A DNA stretch of 63,579 nucleotides, the filler included, from Reclinomonas americana ATCC 50394 (lineage: Eukaryota), in NCBI GenBank assembly GCA_048213135.1. It is 4 parts of 3 records of this genome, joined end to end, with 100 filler letters (N's around TTAATTAATTAA, not from the genome) between each part and the next. Parts side by side here need not be neighbours in the genome. Positions count along the whole stretch, not along the records: positions 1 to 22,585 come from PS015198.1; positions 22,686 to 50,377 come from PS015198.1; 2 more parts are not named here. One strand, given 5' to 3'. A program made the position numbers and the translations under genes. Of the stretch, positions 13,640 through 31,700 are shown in pieces; position 1 is the first letter of the stretch; every line of letters begins with the position of its first letter. The notes below the pieces were generated by a model. That model made no database searches, was not told where the DNA came from, and saw only the letters and a list, made by a program, of their open reading frames with translations.

Positions 13640-14149
13640 AGCAAGCAATTGAAGGTGGCGGCAGAGGAGGAACGGGTGTGGAGAGGAAGACACTGCCGTG
13701 GATGGAAGACGGTATATCTGCACCGGTGCGTGGTGAGGGAGTGAGAGTCAGGCAGAAGGGGGAAAGAGAGAGGGGAGAGATTTCGCTGGGCAAGCAGCAC
13801 ATAGCAAGTTGTGTTTGAGATCAATAGAGCTTGTCGAAAGAGAAGAAGAAGAAAGCAGATTCGCGAAGCACCAAGAGGAACACTTCTGAGCAGCAGCCTG
13901 GTGTTGTGAGACATGTAGTTTGCATATGAGTCGTCTCTTCGTGCACCTGACTATTGTTGTTGTCGTAGGAGGAAGAGCAAGACGAGTGAAGGATGATTGG
14001 AGCCGGGGACCATCATGAAACTCGCAAGGCGAATGAATGCTGGTGTACGTGGAGCCGCCCGGAGGCATCCATTTGCTTTCGTGCGTGTTGCTCACTCGCA
14101 CCTACAACAAACACGAAACGGCTATCTTGTTCACCCAAGTCCAGCCATA

Positions 14150-14270
14150 TTCGACGACAAGAACACCTGCTTCTTCTGTGTTCATGGCGGCGACAGAGCA
14201 GCACGCTACTGATGCATGATGGCCCATCGCCAGCTGCGAAGACGGGAGTACCCATCGTGTGTGATTGTGA
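14150..14270 (+). pseudogene. Possible degenerate PHD-finger remnant
   Basis: DDKNTCFFCVHGGD, TLLMHDGPS and RREYPSCV fall in shifting frames with a stop. Together they resemble CxxCxxGGxLLxCDGxxCxRxYHxxC. Confidence 0.35.
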
Positions 14271-14854
14271 GGTGACTCATGCACTTGTGCATGGTTAACT
14301 AGAAGAGAGCGTTGTCTTTGTTGGGTCTGTTGATACTCATGCACCTACACTTGACACCACCTCAGCGGGTGCGCTTGGAATGCAGTCTCGATGACGATCA
14401 GGGTTGTCGGTTTTCAACGAGTTCGTAACCTTTTCGTTGTGTTTTTTGTCTGCGTCTCTTCCTCGGTATCCATCGACATGATGCAGCTGCTCATGTGCTC
14501 TGTTGAACTCTGTGCGGAGTTGTTGTCCATCATCACCTCAGCACCCAGCTTTGCCTGATCCATGTTCTCGAGCTCTCCAGGATCCGGAGAGAGAGAGATT
14601 CAAAACAATGAGACACGTAGCTGGTCATGGAGAACAATCGCAGCTGACGATGCACCCAAGATTGCCCAGTTCTCTGACACCCCTTTCTCCCCCTCCTGAC
14701 CACACAACTCTTCTCCTCCCCACATCACGACTTGTCACCTTTTCATCTTGCTGTTCGGATCAACGAATCTTCACATTGCTTTCTCTCCCTCCTCGTTTCT
14801 TGCATCACGCAGTGCGCGCGTGTGTGTGCGAAACAACAGCAAAGACACACACAG

Positions 14855-21556
<6,702 letters not shown>

Positions 21557-22585
21557 AGCAAGCTAATTCNNNNNNNNNNNNNNNNNNNNNNNNNNNNNNN
21601 NNNNNNNNNNNNNNNNNNNNNNNNNNNNNNNNNNNNNNNNNNNNNNNNNNNNNNNNNNNNNNNNNNNNNNNNNNNNNNNNNNNNNNNNNNNNNNNNNNNN
21701 NNNNNNNNNNNNNNNNNNNNNNNNNNNNNNNNNNNNNNNNNNNNNNNNNNNNNNNNNNNNNNNNNNNNNNNNNNNNNNNNNNNNNNNNNNNNNNNNNNNN
21801 NNNNNNNNNNNNNNNNNNNNNNNNNNNNNNNNNNNNNNNNNNNNNNNNNNNNNNNNNNNNNNNNNNNNNNNNNNNNNNNNNNNNNNNNNNNNNNNNNNNN
21901 NNNNNNNNNNNNNNNNNNNNNNNNNNNNNNNNNNNNNNNNNNNNNNNNNNNNNNNNNNNNNNNNNNNNNNNNNNNNNNNNNNNNNNNNNNNNNNNNNNNN
22001 ACTGGGGGGGGAAGGGGGGAAGGGGGGAGGGGAGAAGGAGAAAGGGAGCGGTACTGATCCATATCTTCTCATCTTTTGTTGTTTCTCCGCCTTGGCATCT
22101 TTTCCATCTGTTCACTTCTCTTGTCTTCTTGCAGCCGTGTTTGCATCTCTTATCTTCGTCTTTTATCTTTTCTCTTCTTCAATTGTTCCGTCTTCTGTTG
22201 TCTTTTTAGCTGAGTTCGCTTCTCATCTCATCCCTTCCTCTTCTCATTATCGCTCTCCTTCACTTCTGCTGCTACCTCCATCCATATTTTACGGTTTCTC
22301 CGTTCTGTAGTTTTCCTTCGTTGCATTCACTTATCTTACTTTCTCTTCTCATTTCGTCTTCTGTTCTGTTCTCTTCAGCCATCCTCTTATCTGTGAAAGG
22401 AAAAGAAGCGAGAAAGGGAGAGAAGAGAACGCAACAGGATACAAAGAGAGAAAAGAGGAGAGGAGAGAAGGGAAAGAAGCACAAAGTTGAAGAAAACAAC
22501 AGAAGGGAAGAAAGAGAGAGAGAAGAGAAGCGAAGGGAGAAGAAGAGAAGGGAGGAGAAGAGAGGAGAAGAGAGGAGAAGAGAGG

Positions 22586-22685
22586 NNNNNNNNNNNNNNN
22601 NNNNNNNNNNNNNNNNNNNNNNNNNNNNNTTAATTAATTAANNNNNNNNNNNNNNNNNNNNNNNNNNNNNNNNNNNNNNNNNNNN
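22586..22685. other. Artificial scaffold linker N44-TTAATTAATTAA-N44
   Basis: Six-frame stop 12-mer at 22630-22641 flanked by 44 N on each side; identical to two other linkers. Confidence 0.95.
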
Positions 22686-22753
22686 CAATTGCAACACATT
22701 GCTGTCCCGCGCCCACACAGTCCAACTCACACCATACCAAACACAACGAGAAA

Positions 22754-23690
22754 ATGTCGGCGAGTGACGGGCTCGGCTCGCCGCACATCACCGCCAACCA
22801 AGCCACCTCTGAGAACACCACCACCGACGACCGTTACGTAACCGTCGACACGCCCAACGATTTCGATTCGATTACGGCAAACGCAAGCATGCTCGACGAT
22901 GAAGACACCAGCGTCGGCTTTGATGATGAACAGCAACAACAACAGCAACAGCAGCAGGTGACGTCATCCGCAGCGGCGGCGGCGGCTGGAGTTACGGCAA
23001 CAGCGGTAACCCCGCCGTGGCGATCGCATCCGGCGTTGCTTCGCTCGACCGACATGTGGGACCTGAGTGGCTCCGTGCTCGTCGACGTTCTCAACTCGGT
23101 GCATACGTCGCGGCTGATGCATCAGCGCCACCGGCTCGCGCTCCAGCAGCCGCCGCGAGCAGTCGTGGTGTTGTCGCGGGACGGATCGCTGGCCGACGAG
23201 GATGAGTCACTCGACGAGGAGGACAGTGACTCGGTGGGCAGTGAGCCGCTGCATCACAGACAGGCGCCGCGTCCGCGGCATCATCGCCATCATAATCATC
23301 ATCATGCGCGGCATCAAGGAGGGGAAGGCTCGGGAGCAGCGGGAGTGGCCGCAGGAGGCGCAGTGGCTGCGGCGACACCGACGCAGCATGTGCATCGACA
23401 TCAACGCGGGCATCATCATCCGCAATTGTCGCAGCCGGGCGCGAGCAGGGCGTCGGCGGCAGCGGCGGCGGCGATGAGTCAGCTGGCGCGGTTTGGGTCG
23501 TTTTCGGCCGTGTGCGAGGCGGCCTCGGCGGCGCGCATTCATGTGTTGAAGCTGGAGAGTTGCGTTTTTTTGGCGCGCTGTTTCGGGCTTGGGAGGACGA
23601 CGCTTATGTATGTATATCTGTAGAGTGTGGCTTGCTGGATGCGGATGTGGAGACGCTGGTGACGTCGGTGCAGGCGTCGCAGTCGTTGTC
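22754..23690 (+). CDS. 5' part of an RNI-like leucine-rich-repeat protein (Gln/His/Ala-rich N-terminus)
   Basis: Exon 22754-23558, phase-1 intron to 23623, then K-CGLLDADVETLVTSVQASQSL following IHVLKLE (LRR pattern); runs into a gap. Confidence 0.6.
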
Positions 23691-23963
23691 NNNNNNNNNN
23701 NNNNNNNNNNNNNNNNNNNNNNNNNNNNNNNNNNNNNNNNNNNNNNNNNNNNNNNNNNNNNNNNNNNNNNNNNNNNNNNNNNNNNNNNNNNNNNNNNNNN
23801 NNNNNNNNNNNNNNNNNNNNNNNNNNNNNNNNNNNNNNNNNNNNNNNNNNNNNNNNNNNNNNNNNNNNNNNACGAGAACGAGGGCGAGGAGAAGGAATTC
23901 GAAAACGCTCGGTGAGTCTCTCGCAGCAACAAGCGCAGCAAGCACATGCCGGGTAGACGCAAC

Positions 23964-24778
23964 GAGAAAGATTCAACGAGACTAGACTTTGATTCGCACG
24001 CAGTGCCTTGCAGATGGCGTCGCCACCGCGGTCATCGATACTATTATCTGTGGCAGAGCGCGTGAGACACGGAGAGAGAGAGAGAGAGAGATGAGGTGGC
24101 AAGCGAGGGAGACACGCAACTCCAAAAATTGACTCGCTCAATGCTCTTGCTCTTCATGAGGAACTTGGCAAACGCCTCGGCGCCCTCCAGGCACATCATA
24201 TTCACTGCGGAGACGTCAGGAAGAGGGAGACAGTGAGGCCAAGAGGTCTCGCAAACCACGCAACAGGCGAAATCGAGTTCCCGCAGCGTCTTGTTGGATT
24301 TGAGACACTTGAAGAGGGTGGCGGCGGCATCGCCGCGAATCAGATTCACTGGGCGACGCACAGGCGGTGTCAGAGCACATCAACATTCATCTCTCTCCGC
24401 GCCACATCGAGGACGCAACGAGAGAGGGCCAGAGTGTGCAGCGAGGAGTTGCGTTTTAGTGCCTCGGCCAGAATCACCACGCCTCGGTCCGACAGAAAAT
24501 TATCTGCGACCGCGGTCAGCAAAAAAGACACCGCCACTCCCACATCACCATTGACACGACGCAACTAGTGAGAGACACGGATTGTAGTGTGGCCTTTTTT
24601 CTTCGCAGGCACGCCCCGAGCGATTGTGCGGTGGGAAAGCTGAGCGTGTTACGGCTCAGATTGATTTCGGTCAGCGTTTCGTTGTGCATCAGTTGGTCGA
24701 AGATGGCGGTGGCGCCGGCGTCTTCCAGAGCGTTGCCTACAACAGAGACAAGTGAGGGCGAGGGGAGAGAGAGGAGAG

Positions 24779-24828
<50 letters not shown>

Positions 24829-25648
24829 ANNNNNNNNNNNNNNNNNNNNNNNNNNNNNNNNNNNNNNNNNNNNNNNNNNNNNNNNNNNNNNNNNNNNNNN
24901 NNNNNNNNNNNNNNNNNNNNNNNNNNNNNNNNNNNNNNNNNNNNNNNNNNNNNNNNNNNNNNNNNNNNNNNNNNNNNNNNNNNNNNNNNNNNNNNNNNNN
25001 NNNNNNNNNNNNNNNNNNNNNNNNNNNNNNNNNNNNNNNNNNNNNNNNNNNNNNNNNNNNNNNNNNNNNNNNNNNNNNNNNNNNNNNNNNNNNNNNNNNN
25101 NNNNNNNNNNNNNNNNNNNNNNNNNNNNNNNNNNNNNNNNNNNNNNNNNNNNNNNNNNNNNNNNNNNNNNNNNNNNNNNNNNNNNNNNNNNNNNNNNNNN
25201 NNNNNNNNNNNNNNNNNNNNNNNNNNNNNNNNNNNNNNNNNNNNNNNNNNNNNNNNNNNNNNNNNNNNNNNNNNNNNNNNNNNNNNNNNNNNNNNNNNNN
25301 NNNNNGATGGTGAAAGGAGTAAAGAGTGTAGAAAGAGATAAAGAACATTCTGCAGGGCGAGTGTTTTTTTCATCGCCCGCTTACAGTGCCGCTGTTAGCG
25401 CCAGTGTACAGGAGAGCTGCCACTCCGGAGGCACGCTCCTGCTTCCGAATGCGGTGCAACTCGGTAAATACAGCGGCCACCTCGGGTGAGATTGGATTAG
25501 CTGCGAGGGGCAAGCAGCGTGAGGAAACAAGGAAGCACAGAGACGTCTGTTCGTGCAAACGCACCAAGCATTACTATGTTGTCTAACGTGGGTCGGCATC
25601 TTAGCAACTCGGAGAACGCCAAGGCCACCCGGTCGTGGATTTGATTAC
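23964..25648 (-). CDS. RNI/NLRC3-like 28-aa leucine-rich repeats, mostly one exon per repeat (partial gene)
   Basis: Exons read NALEDAGATAIFDQLMHNETLTEINLS, NFLSDRGVVILAEALKRNSSLHTLALS (84 nt), NLIRGDAAATLFKCLKSNKTLRELDFA, NMMCLEGAEAFAKFLMKSKSIERVNF and NSIDDRGGDAICKALRANQSLVSLNLS, with phase-1 introns. Confidence 0.85.
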
Positions 25649-26927
25649 CTGCAACAAGAGGAAGGGAAGAACATGGAAGGGAGAAGAACGAAGAGAAGGA
25701 AGGCGNNNNNNNNNNNNNNNNNNNNNNNNNNNNNNNNNNNNNNNNNNNNNNNNNNNNNNNNNNNNNNNNNNNNNNNNNNNNNNNNNNNNNNNNNNNNNNN
25801 NNNNNNNNNNNNNNNNNNNNNNNNNNNNNNNNNNNNNNNNNNNNNNNNNNNNNNNNNNNNNNNNNNNNNNNNNNNNNNNNNNNNNNNNNNNNNNNNNNNN
25901 NNNNNNNNNNNNNNNNNNNNNNNNNNNNNNNNNNNNNNNNNNNNNNNNNNNNNNNNNNNNNNNNNNNNNNNNNNNNNNNNNNNNNNNNNNNNNNNNNNNN
26001 NNNNNNNNNNNNNNNNNNNNNNNNNNNNNNNNNNNNNNNNNNNNNNNNNNNNNNNNNNNNNNNNNNNNNNNNNNNNNNNNNNNNNNNNNNNNNNNNNNNN
26101 NNNNNNNNNNNNNNNNNNNNNNNNNNNNNNNNNNNNNNNNNNNNNNNNNNNNNNNNNNNNNNNNNNNNNNNNNNNNNNNNNNNNNNNNNNNNNNNNNNNN
26201 NNNNNNNNNNNNNNNNNNNNNNNNNNNNNNNNNNNNNNNNNNNNNNNNNNNNNNNNNNNNNNNNNNNNNNNNNNNNNNNNNNNNNNNNNNNNNNNNNNNN
26301 NNNNNNNNNNNNNNNNNNNNNNNNNNNNNNNNNNNNNNNNNNNNNNNNNNNNNNNNNNNNNNNNNNNNNNNNNNNNNNNNNNNNNNNNNNNNNNNNNNNN
26401 NNNNNNNNNNNNNNNNNNNNNNNNNNNNNNNNNNNNNNNNNNNNNNNNNNNNNNNNNNNNNNNNNNNNNNNNNNNNNNNNNNNNNNNNNNNNNNNNNNNN
26501 NNNNNNNNNNNNNNNNNNNNNNNNNNNNNNNNNNNNNNNNNNNNNNNNNNNNNNNNNNNNNNNNNNNNNNNNNNNNNNNNNTTTGTAGTACACCAGCTAT
26601 TTGTTGTGAAGCGGGCGGGGGAGGGTGGGGGGAAGAGGGAGGGAAAAGGAGGGGAAGGGAGCGGAAAATAGGAAAAAGAGAGTAATGTTGAAACAGTTTG
26701 CACGGGGCGATGACAGAGGGGCGAGAGGCGCTGCAGATAGAATGTGATGGCCATGGCGCAGAATCGCGATGGGGGCTGCTGGTGGATGCTTGTTTGTTCC
26801 TGCTCGTCGTGCCGGATTGTTGTGTATGGATCAGTGAAGTTTAGTATTCTATTTGTCGACGTCGTTCGGGTCCTGCTTCCACCCTACCCTTACACAACAA
26901 CTTTTTCTCGTCGTTTGCGCACACACA

Positions 26928-28553
26928 ATGCACAGACGTAGCTTTCAAGAGATTGTTACTAATCTTTCAAACTATCTGGCGAAACCGATAGCGCACTTCA
27001 CCGCTTCCGGCTCGTTCCACTACACCGCGCCGATCGTGCTCAGTCACGTGCAGTCGGGTAGTGTGATCGCACTCGGTCAGTCCACCGAGGCCCAGCTGGA
27101 GGCCTTCTTCCAGCTGTGTCGACCCGCCGGCTTTGGTCGTGGCACCGAGACGGTGTTTGACCGCACCGTGCGCCGCGCCGGGGCAATGGACGCCAACACC
27201 GAGTTCATCACCAACTTCAACCTCGCCAGTCACCCGCCGCAGCAGATGATGAACACGGTGGCAACCTTGCTGCGCCCACAGGCGGCCCCCTACACCATCT
27301 CGGCCGAGCTGTATCGCCTGAACGTGTATGGCGAGGGCGACTTTTTCAGCGCGCATCGCGACACACCGGACTCGGAACACATGTTTGGATCGCTGGTGAT
27401 GTGCCTGCCGTCGGCTTTCACCGGCGGTGAGTTACGCCTGCGTGCGGCCACTGGCAACGCGGTGGTCGACTGGGCGCCACAGTCTACCACTGCCGGGCTG
27501 GTGCAGTGGACGGCGTTCTATGGCGACACGGAGCACGAAATTGCGTCGGTGACGAGTGGACGCCGCCTCACTCTCACCTATCGGCTGTACGACAGGCCCT
27601 CCCGGAAGAACAAAGAGACGCCGGCGTCGGCGGCGGCGGCGACAAGGCTGGCGAGCGTGCCCTCCGGATCCTCACAGGCCGATATCGATGGTGAAGCCGC
27701 CGTACGTGAAGCCGAATCCACGGCCGGATCCGGATTAGGGACGTCTGCGAGCGTTGGCAGCAGGGCTGCCGCCTACGCCGTGCAACGCGCCGCGGTGGAG
27801 ACGTCGACCTCGACCTCTCAGTCCGCCGGCTTGCAATTGGCGGAACTGCTGCGGCAGTCATTGCACGAGTTCGAATTCAAAAGCAAGGATCCGGAGTGGC
27901 TCGTTTATTACTGCCAGCACTTGTACGGCATTGGTGGCAAGACAGGCGGGCCGTTGCCTGCACCGGAGCAGCTCAAGGGCAACGACGGCCTGATGTTCTT
28001 GGCGATGCAGACGCTGCTGCTGCAGAGCTCGAGCGCCACTGCGAGTGCCGGCGATGTGCGCATATGTCGCAAAGTGACGCTTCCCCTTGAAGCGCTAACT
28101 TCCGTCCTGCCGTACACGTACAACTTCGAACCGCGAAGCGATCTCGAGCGGCAGCATATGATTGAGGACTTCGTCTCGCACTTGCCGCAGGCACAGCAGC
28201 ACTACGTAGTGCAGGCTGGCCTGTGTGCCGCGCGTGCACGTGATAAGTACGACGAAGAGGACGACGAGGACGAGCTCGATCGCGAGGTCGACTGCGGTAT
28301 CTACGACACCGTTTCGGCTGGCTTAGATGTGGACTTGGTCGCGACGTGCAACGCCGACTTGCTAGCTTCTCGCTCGGACAAGCCACAGTCGAACGTCCTC
28401 GAGATCGGCCACAGCCATGTCGAGTTTCAGAAGAGCTGTGCCTACGACACCGGCAACGAAGGCTGTAGTGTGGACCACTTCTACGAGTACGTTGTGCTCG
28501 TAATGCCGCTGCCGAAGGATGTGTTTGGCAAGCAGTCGACGCCGCCGCAGTGA
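26928..28553 (+). CDS. 2OG-Fe(II) dioxygenase (prolyl-4-hydroxylase-like fold); start uncertain
   Basis: Uninterrupted ORF with LNVYGEGDFFSAHRDT (HxD), GSLVMCLPSAFTGGEL and EHEIASVTSGRRLTLTY (distal His, 2OG-binding Arg). Confidence 0.9.
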   Translation: MHRRSFQEIVTNLSNYLAKPIAHFTASGSFHYTAPIVLSHVQSGSVIALGQSTEAQLEAFFQLCRPAGFGRGTETVFDRTVRRAGAMDANTEFITNFNLASHPPQQMMNTVATLLRPQAAPYTISAELYRLNVYGEGDFFSAHRDTPDSEHMFGSLVMCLPSAFTGGELRLRAATGNAVVDWAPQSTTAGLVQWTAFYGDTEHEIASVTSGRRLTLTYRLYDRPSRKNKETPASAAAATRLASVPSGSSQADIDGEAAVREAESTAGSGLGTSASVGSRAAAYAVQRAAVETSTSTSQSAGLQLAELLRQSLHEFEFKSKDPEWLVYYCQHLYGIGGKTGGPLPAPEQLKGNDGLMFLAMQTLLLQSSSATASAGDVRICRKVTLPLEALTSVLPYTYNFEPRSDLERQHMIEDFVSHLPQAQQHYVVQAGLCAARARDKYDEEDDEDELDREVDCGIYDTVSAGLDVDLVATCNADLLASRSDKPQSNVLEIGHSHVEFQKSCAYDTGNEGCSVDHFYEYVVLVMPLPKDVFGKQSTPPQ

Positions 28554-28768
28554 TCGAATTCCGATTTTTGGAATGTCTTCCGTATATTTTGGTTTTTTGC
28601 CTGTGAGTTTTTAATGGGACTCTCCTCTACAGTACCTTATCTGAGTGAAACCCTTTTCTCATGGTCCAACTGTCCCTCTCCACGAACTTCGCAATCGACA
28701 ACAAATTACATTGACGTCCTCGCGTCCCCTCTCTCCATTGTCACCCCATTCATCCTCACGCGTCCGTC

Positions 28769-31700
28769 ATGGTCGTGTTGATCAACGAAGCCACACTCAC
28801 CGGCCGCCGATTCACTCGCGGCCAAGACGCTGAAGAGTGGCTCGCGGTCGACATCGACTCCGCTCCACCAGTGGAAGCCGCCGCCGACGCATCATCATCA
28901 TCCGCCGCCGCTCCCGCGCTTCTCTCTGTGACAGTGTCGGCATGGGTGTTTCTGAGCTCGTTTTGCGTGGCGGAAGATGTGGCTCGCGGCAATGGTGGTG
29001 GTGGTGGTGAAAGTGCATCGGCTCCGACTTTGGCGGGAACGGCAGCGGCGGGTGAGGAGAGAAGGAGTTCACTGCGGTATATTGTGGTGCAAGGCGCGGC
29101 GGAGTTGAGACGGTCGTTCTGGGTTGCGGTGGATACGAGAGGTGTGATGAATTTTTGGAAGCAAAGAAACAACAGTCTCCTTGTGGCTTGTCTCATGTGC
29201 TCTACTTGTCTAGCGCACTCTATCTCCCTCTCCTCTCTCACACCCCTCTCACTCTTGCAATTGAACTCAATCATGTTCTCAGTCTATCTGTTCTTCAGTT
29301 GTTCCCTGTTCTTCTCTGCTGCTCTGCTTATCAGTTACACTCTGTCTCCCTCTCTTCTCTCACTCTCCTCTCACTTTGCGCTCTCAATCTCACAGTCTTG
29401 CAATGAACTCAATCATGTTCTCAGTCTACATATTCCTCAGTTGTTCCCCGTTCTTCTCTCCCTGTCTCACTCCTGTGCTCTACTTTCTCACTCCCCTCAC
29501 CTGGCGCTCTCAATCGCTCAGTCTTGCTATCGAACTCAAGTTCTTGACGCGTCATTCCTCCGGCACTCCTCTTGTCAGTTGCACTCTGTCTCCCACTCTT
29601 CTCTCACACTCCTCTCACTTTGCGTTCTTCGGCTTTCTTTTTTCACTTGATCGCTCTCCTCGCACATTTCTTTCCCCTCACTGTCCCTTCTCTCCCTCAT
29701 CCCTTCTCCTCCAGACACCTCCCTCTGGTACGGCGTCGACACCGACACTGGCGGCATTGAAATCCACGTCGACAAGGCCGTGCTGCCGCTCTTCGAGTGG
29801 CACCACGTGTGCCTCATTGTCAACCAGAATGTCGTGCAGCTGCTGGTCAATGGATCCGTGGTCTCCGAGGTTCTTTTCTCCCACACATTCTCCCTCATTC
29901 ACCGATTTGCTCTTCTCTGACCCTTTTGCACATTCCACAGACCGTGGGCCGTGGCTCGCTGGTCTTCCACTCGGGCTTCTTGGCCGTCGGGCAGGATCTG
30001 AGCGGCCGCTCGTCGCTCTTTGATTGGGTGGCCATGGTTCGCGTCTTTCCCTTTGCCAAGACGCGACTGGAGTTGCAGGTGGACATGGCGGCTGGAATCG
30101 GCAATACACCGCCCTTTGCCGATCCGCGATCGGCGCTGGGTGCGTTGTTGGATTGTGTGTATGCTGCTTGGGAGCGCGCGACTCATGTTCTCTCTCTCTC
30201 TCTCTGTCTCTTTCTCTCCATTCTCTCTCCGTGGCTCTCTTCTCCTTCTCTGTCTCCCGCTCTCTTATTGCTCTTTTCTCCTTGTCCCTCTCTTGGTCCC
30301 TCTCATCGCCCCTCTCCCTCTCTTTCTTTCTCGCTGTCTCTCACCCATCTCTCCCCTCTCCCTCTCCGCTTTCCCTCTCCGCCCTGCCTTTTTTTCTCCC
30401 TCTCTCTCCATTCCCTCTGCCTCACTTTCATTCTCAATATCCCTTCCTGTCGCTCTGTCTTTTCTCTCCCCCGCGCCCTCTCCCCTTTCCGTTTTCCTCC
30501 ATCTCTTTGGTTCCCTCTTCCTCCCCTTTCCCTCTCCTTCCCTCCCTTCCCCCTCTACCAGGCCGCGCCCTCATCATGGTGCGCAAGATCGACTTTTGTG
30601 TGCGCGAAATCGCCGCCCTGGCAGTGCCTGCCGGTGTTGACGACACGCTCAAGGCGTGGAGCGATCGTGTGGCCATGCTGACATGCTTGATGCTGCTGGC
30701 CGGCCACGGCGTCACGGCTGCGGCGGTGCGTTTTCCATGTGCTTGATCATTCTTTGTTCCAGCCTGCTCATGATTGCGGTCTGCAGAACGAGGACGAGTT
30801 TGTGGCCGAACACTGGCACAAGGTCGGCGACGCCAATGAGATTTCGTGGGACGAGCTGTTGGAGACCATGCTGGAGACCACTGATGCAGCCGGCTACGCG
30901 TTGGAGGGCTCTGGTGCGTGCCTATTTGTGCAGCGTCTGTGTGTGCATGTCACGTCGGCTGAATTCCCGTCCAGATGACGACAAGCAGATTTTTGTCGAA
31001 GAGGAGCTGCTGACGTTCCGGGACTCGATCACCAAGAAGCTGCTGCCGGCATTTGCTGGCTCCCTCGCCGTCATGCTCGCCCAGTTCAATGTGCAAGCAA
31101 GTTTCGTGCCATCAAATCTGCCTCTTTCCTCTCTCCCTATTCTCACTCGCGTGCAGGTCGTCGTGGCCTTTTCCGCTCCGCCGACTCGGGCGCCTCACCG
31201 GCAGACTCGATCGACGGCACAGTGTCGGGCACCTTGAGTCCGGTACACGCAATCGCTGCTGGTTCAGCTTCGGCGGCTGGTGCAAGCGGCACGCCTGGTT
31301 TGTTTCTGTTAGAATGCGAGCCAGACATGCCTTCTCCTCATGAAAGAAATGCAGATTCGGCTCGTCGTCGCGCCGGTTCGTCGCACACGCCGACCACCAT
31401 CAACACCGCCGCCGCGCGCAACCCGTTCTCTGCCACGGCCACTGGTCAGATCAGCAAGTTCACCTCGTTCTGGGGCGCCAGTGCGCAGCAGTTCCGTGTC
31501 GACGTGGAGCTGGAGGACGGTGAGGAGACCACAGTTCTCGGCTTTGTGCATGTGGACGCGTCCATGACGTTGGTCGACCTGCGCGAGCTCGTCGATAATG
31601 AGGTCGACGATGTGCCGCGGTCGTACAAGTTTATCGTGAACGGTGCGCCAGTGTCGGTGAAGCAGGAGGCCAAGATGCTGGTATGCGGTTGTGCGGCGAT

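Noticed and set aside
22630-22641. TTAATTAATTAA as a biological palindrome or piggyBac site
   Set aside because: It is embedded symmetrically in Ns three times, so it is an assembly linker.
31097-31102. GC donor in the kinase gene
   Set aside because: The GT at 31101 gives the correct downstream frame.
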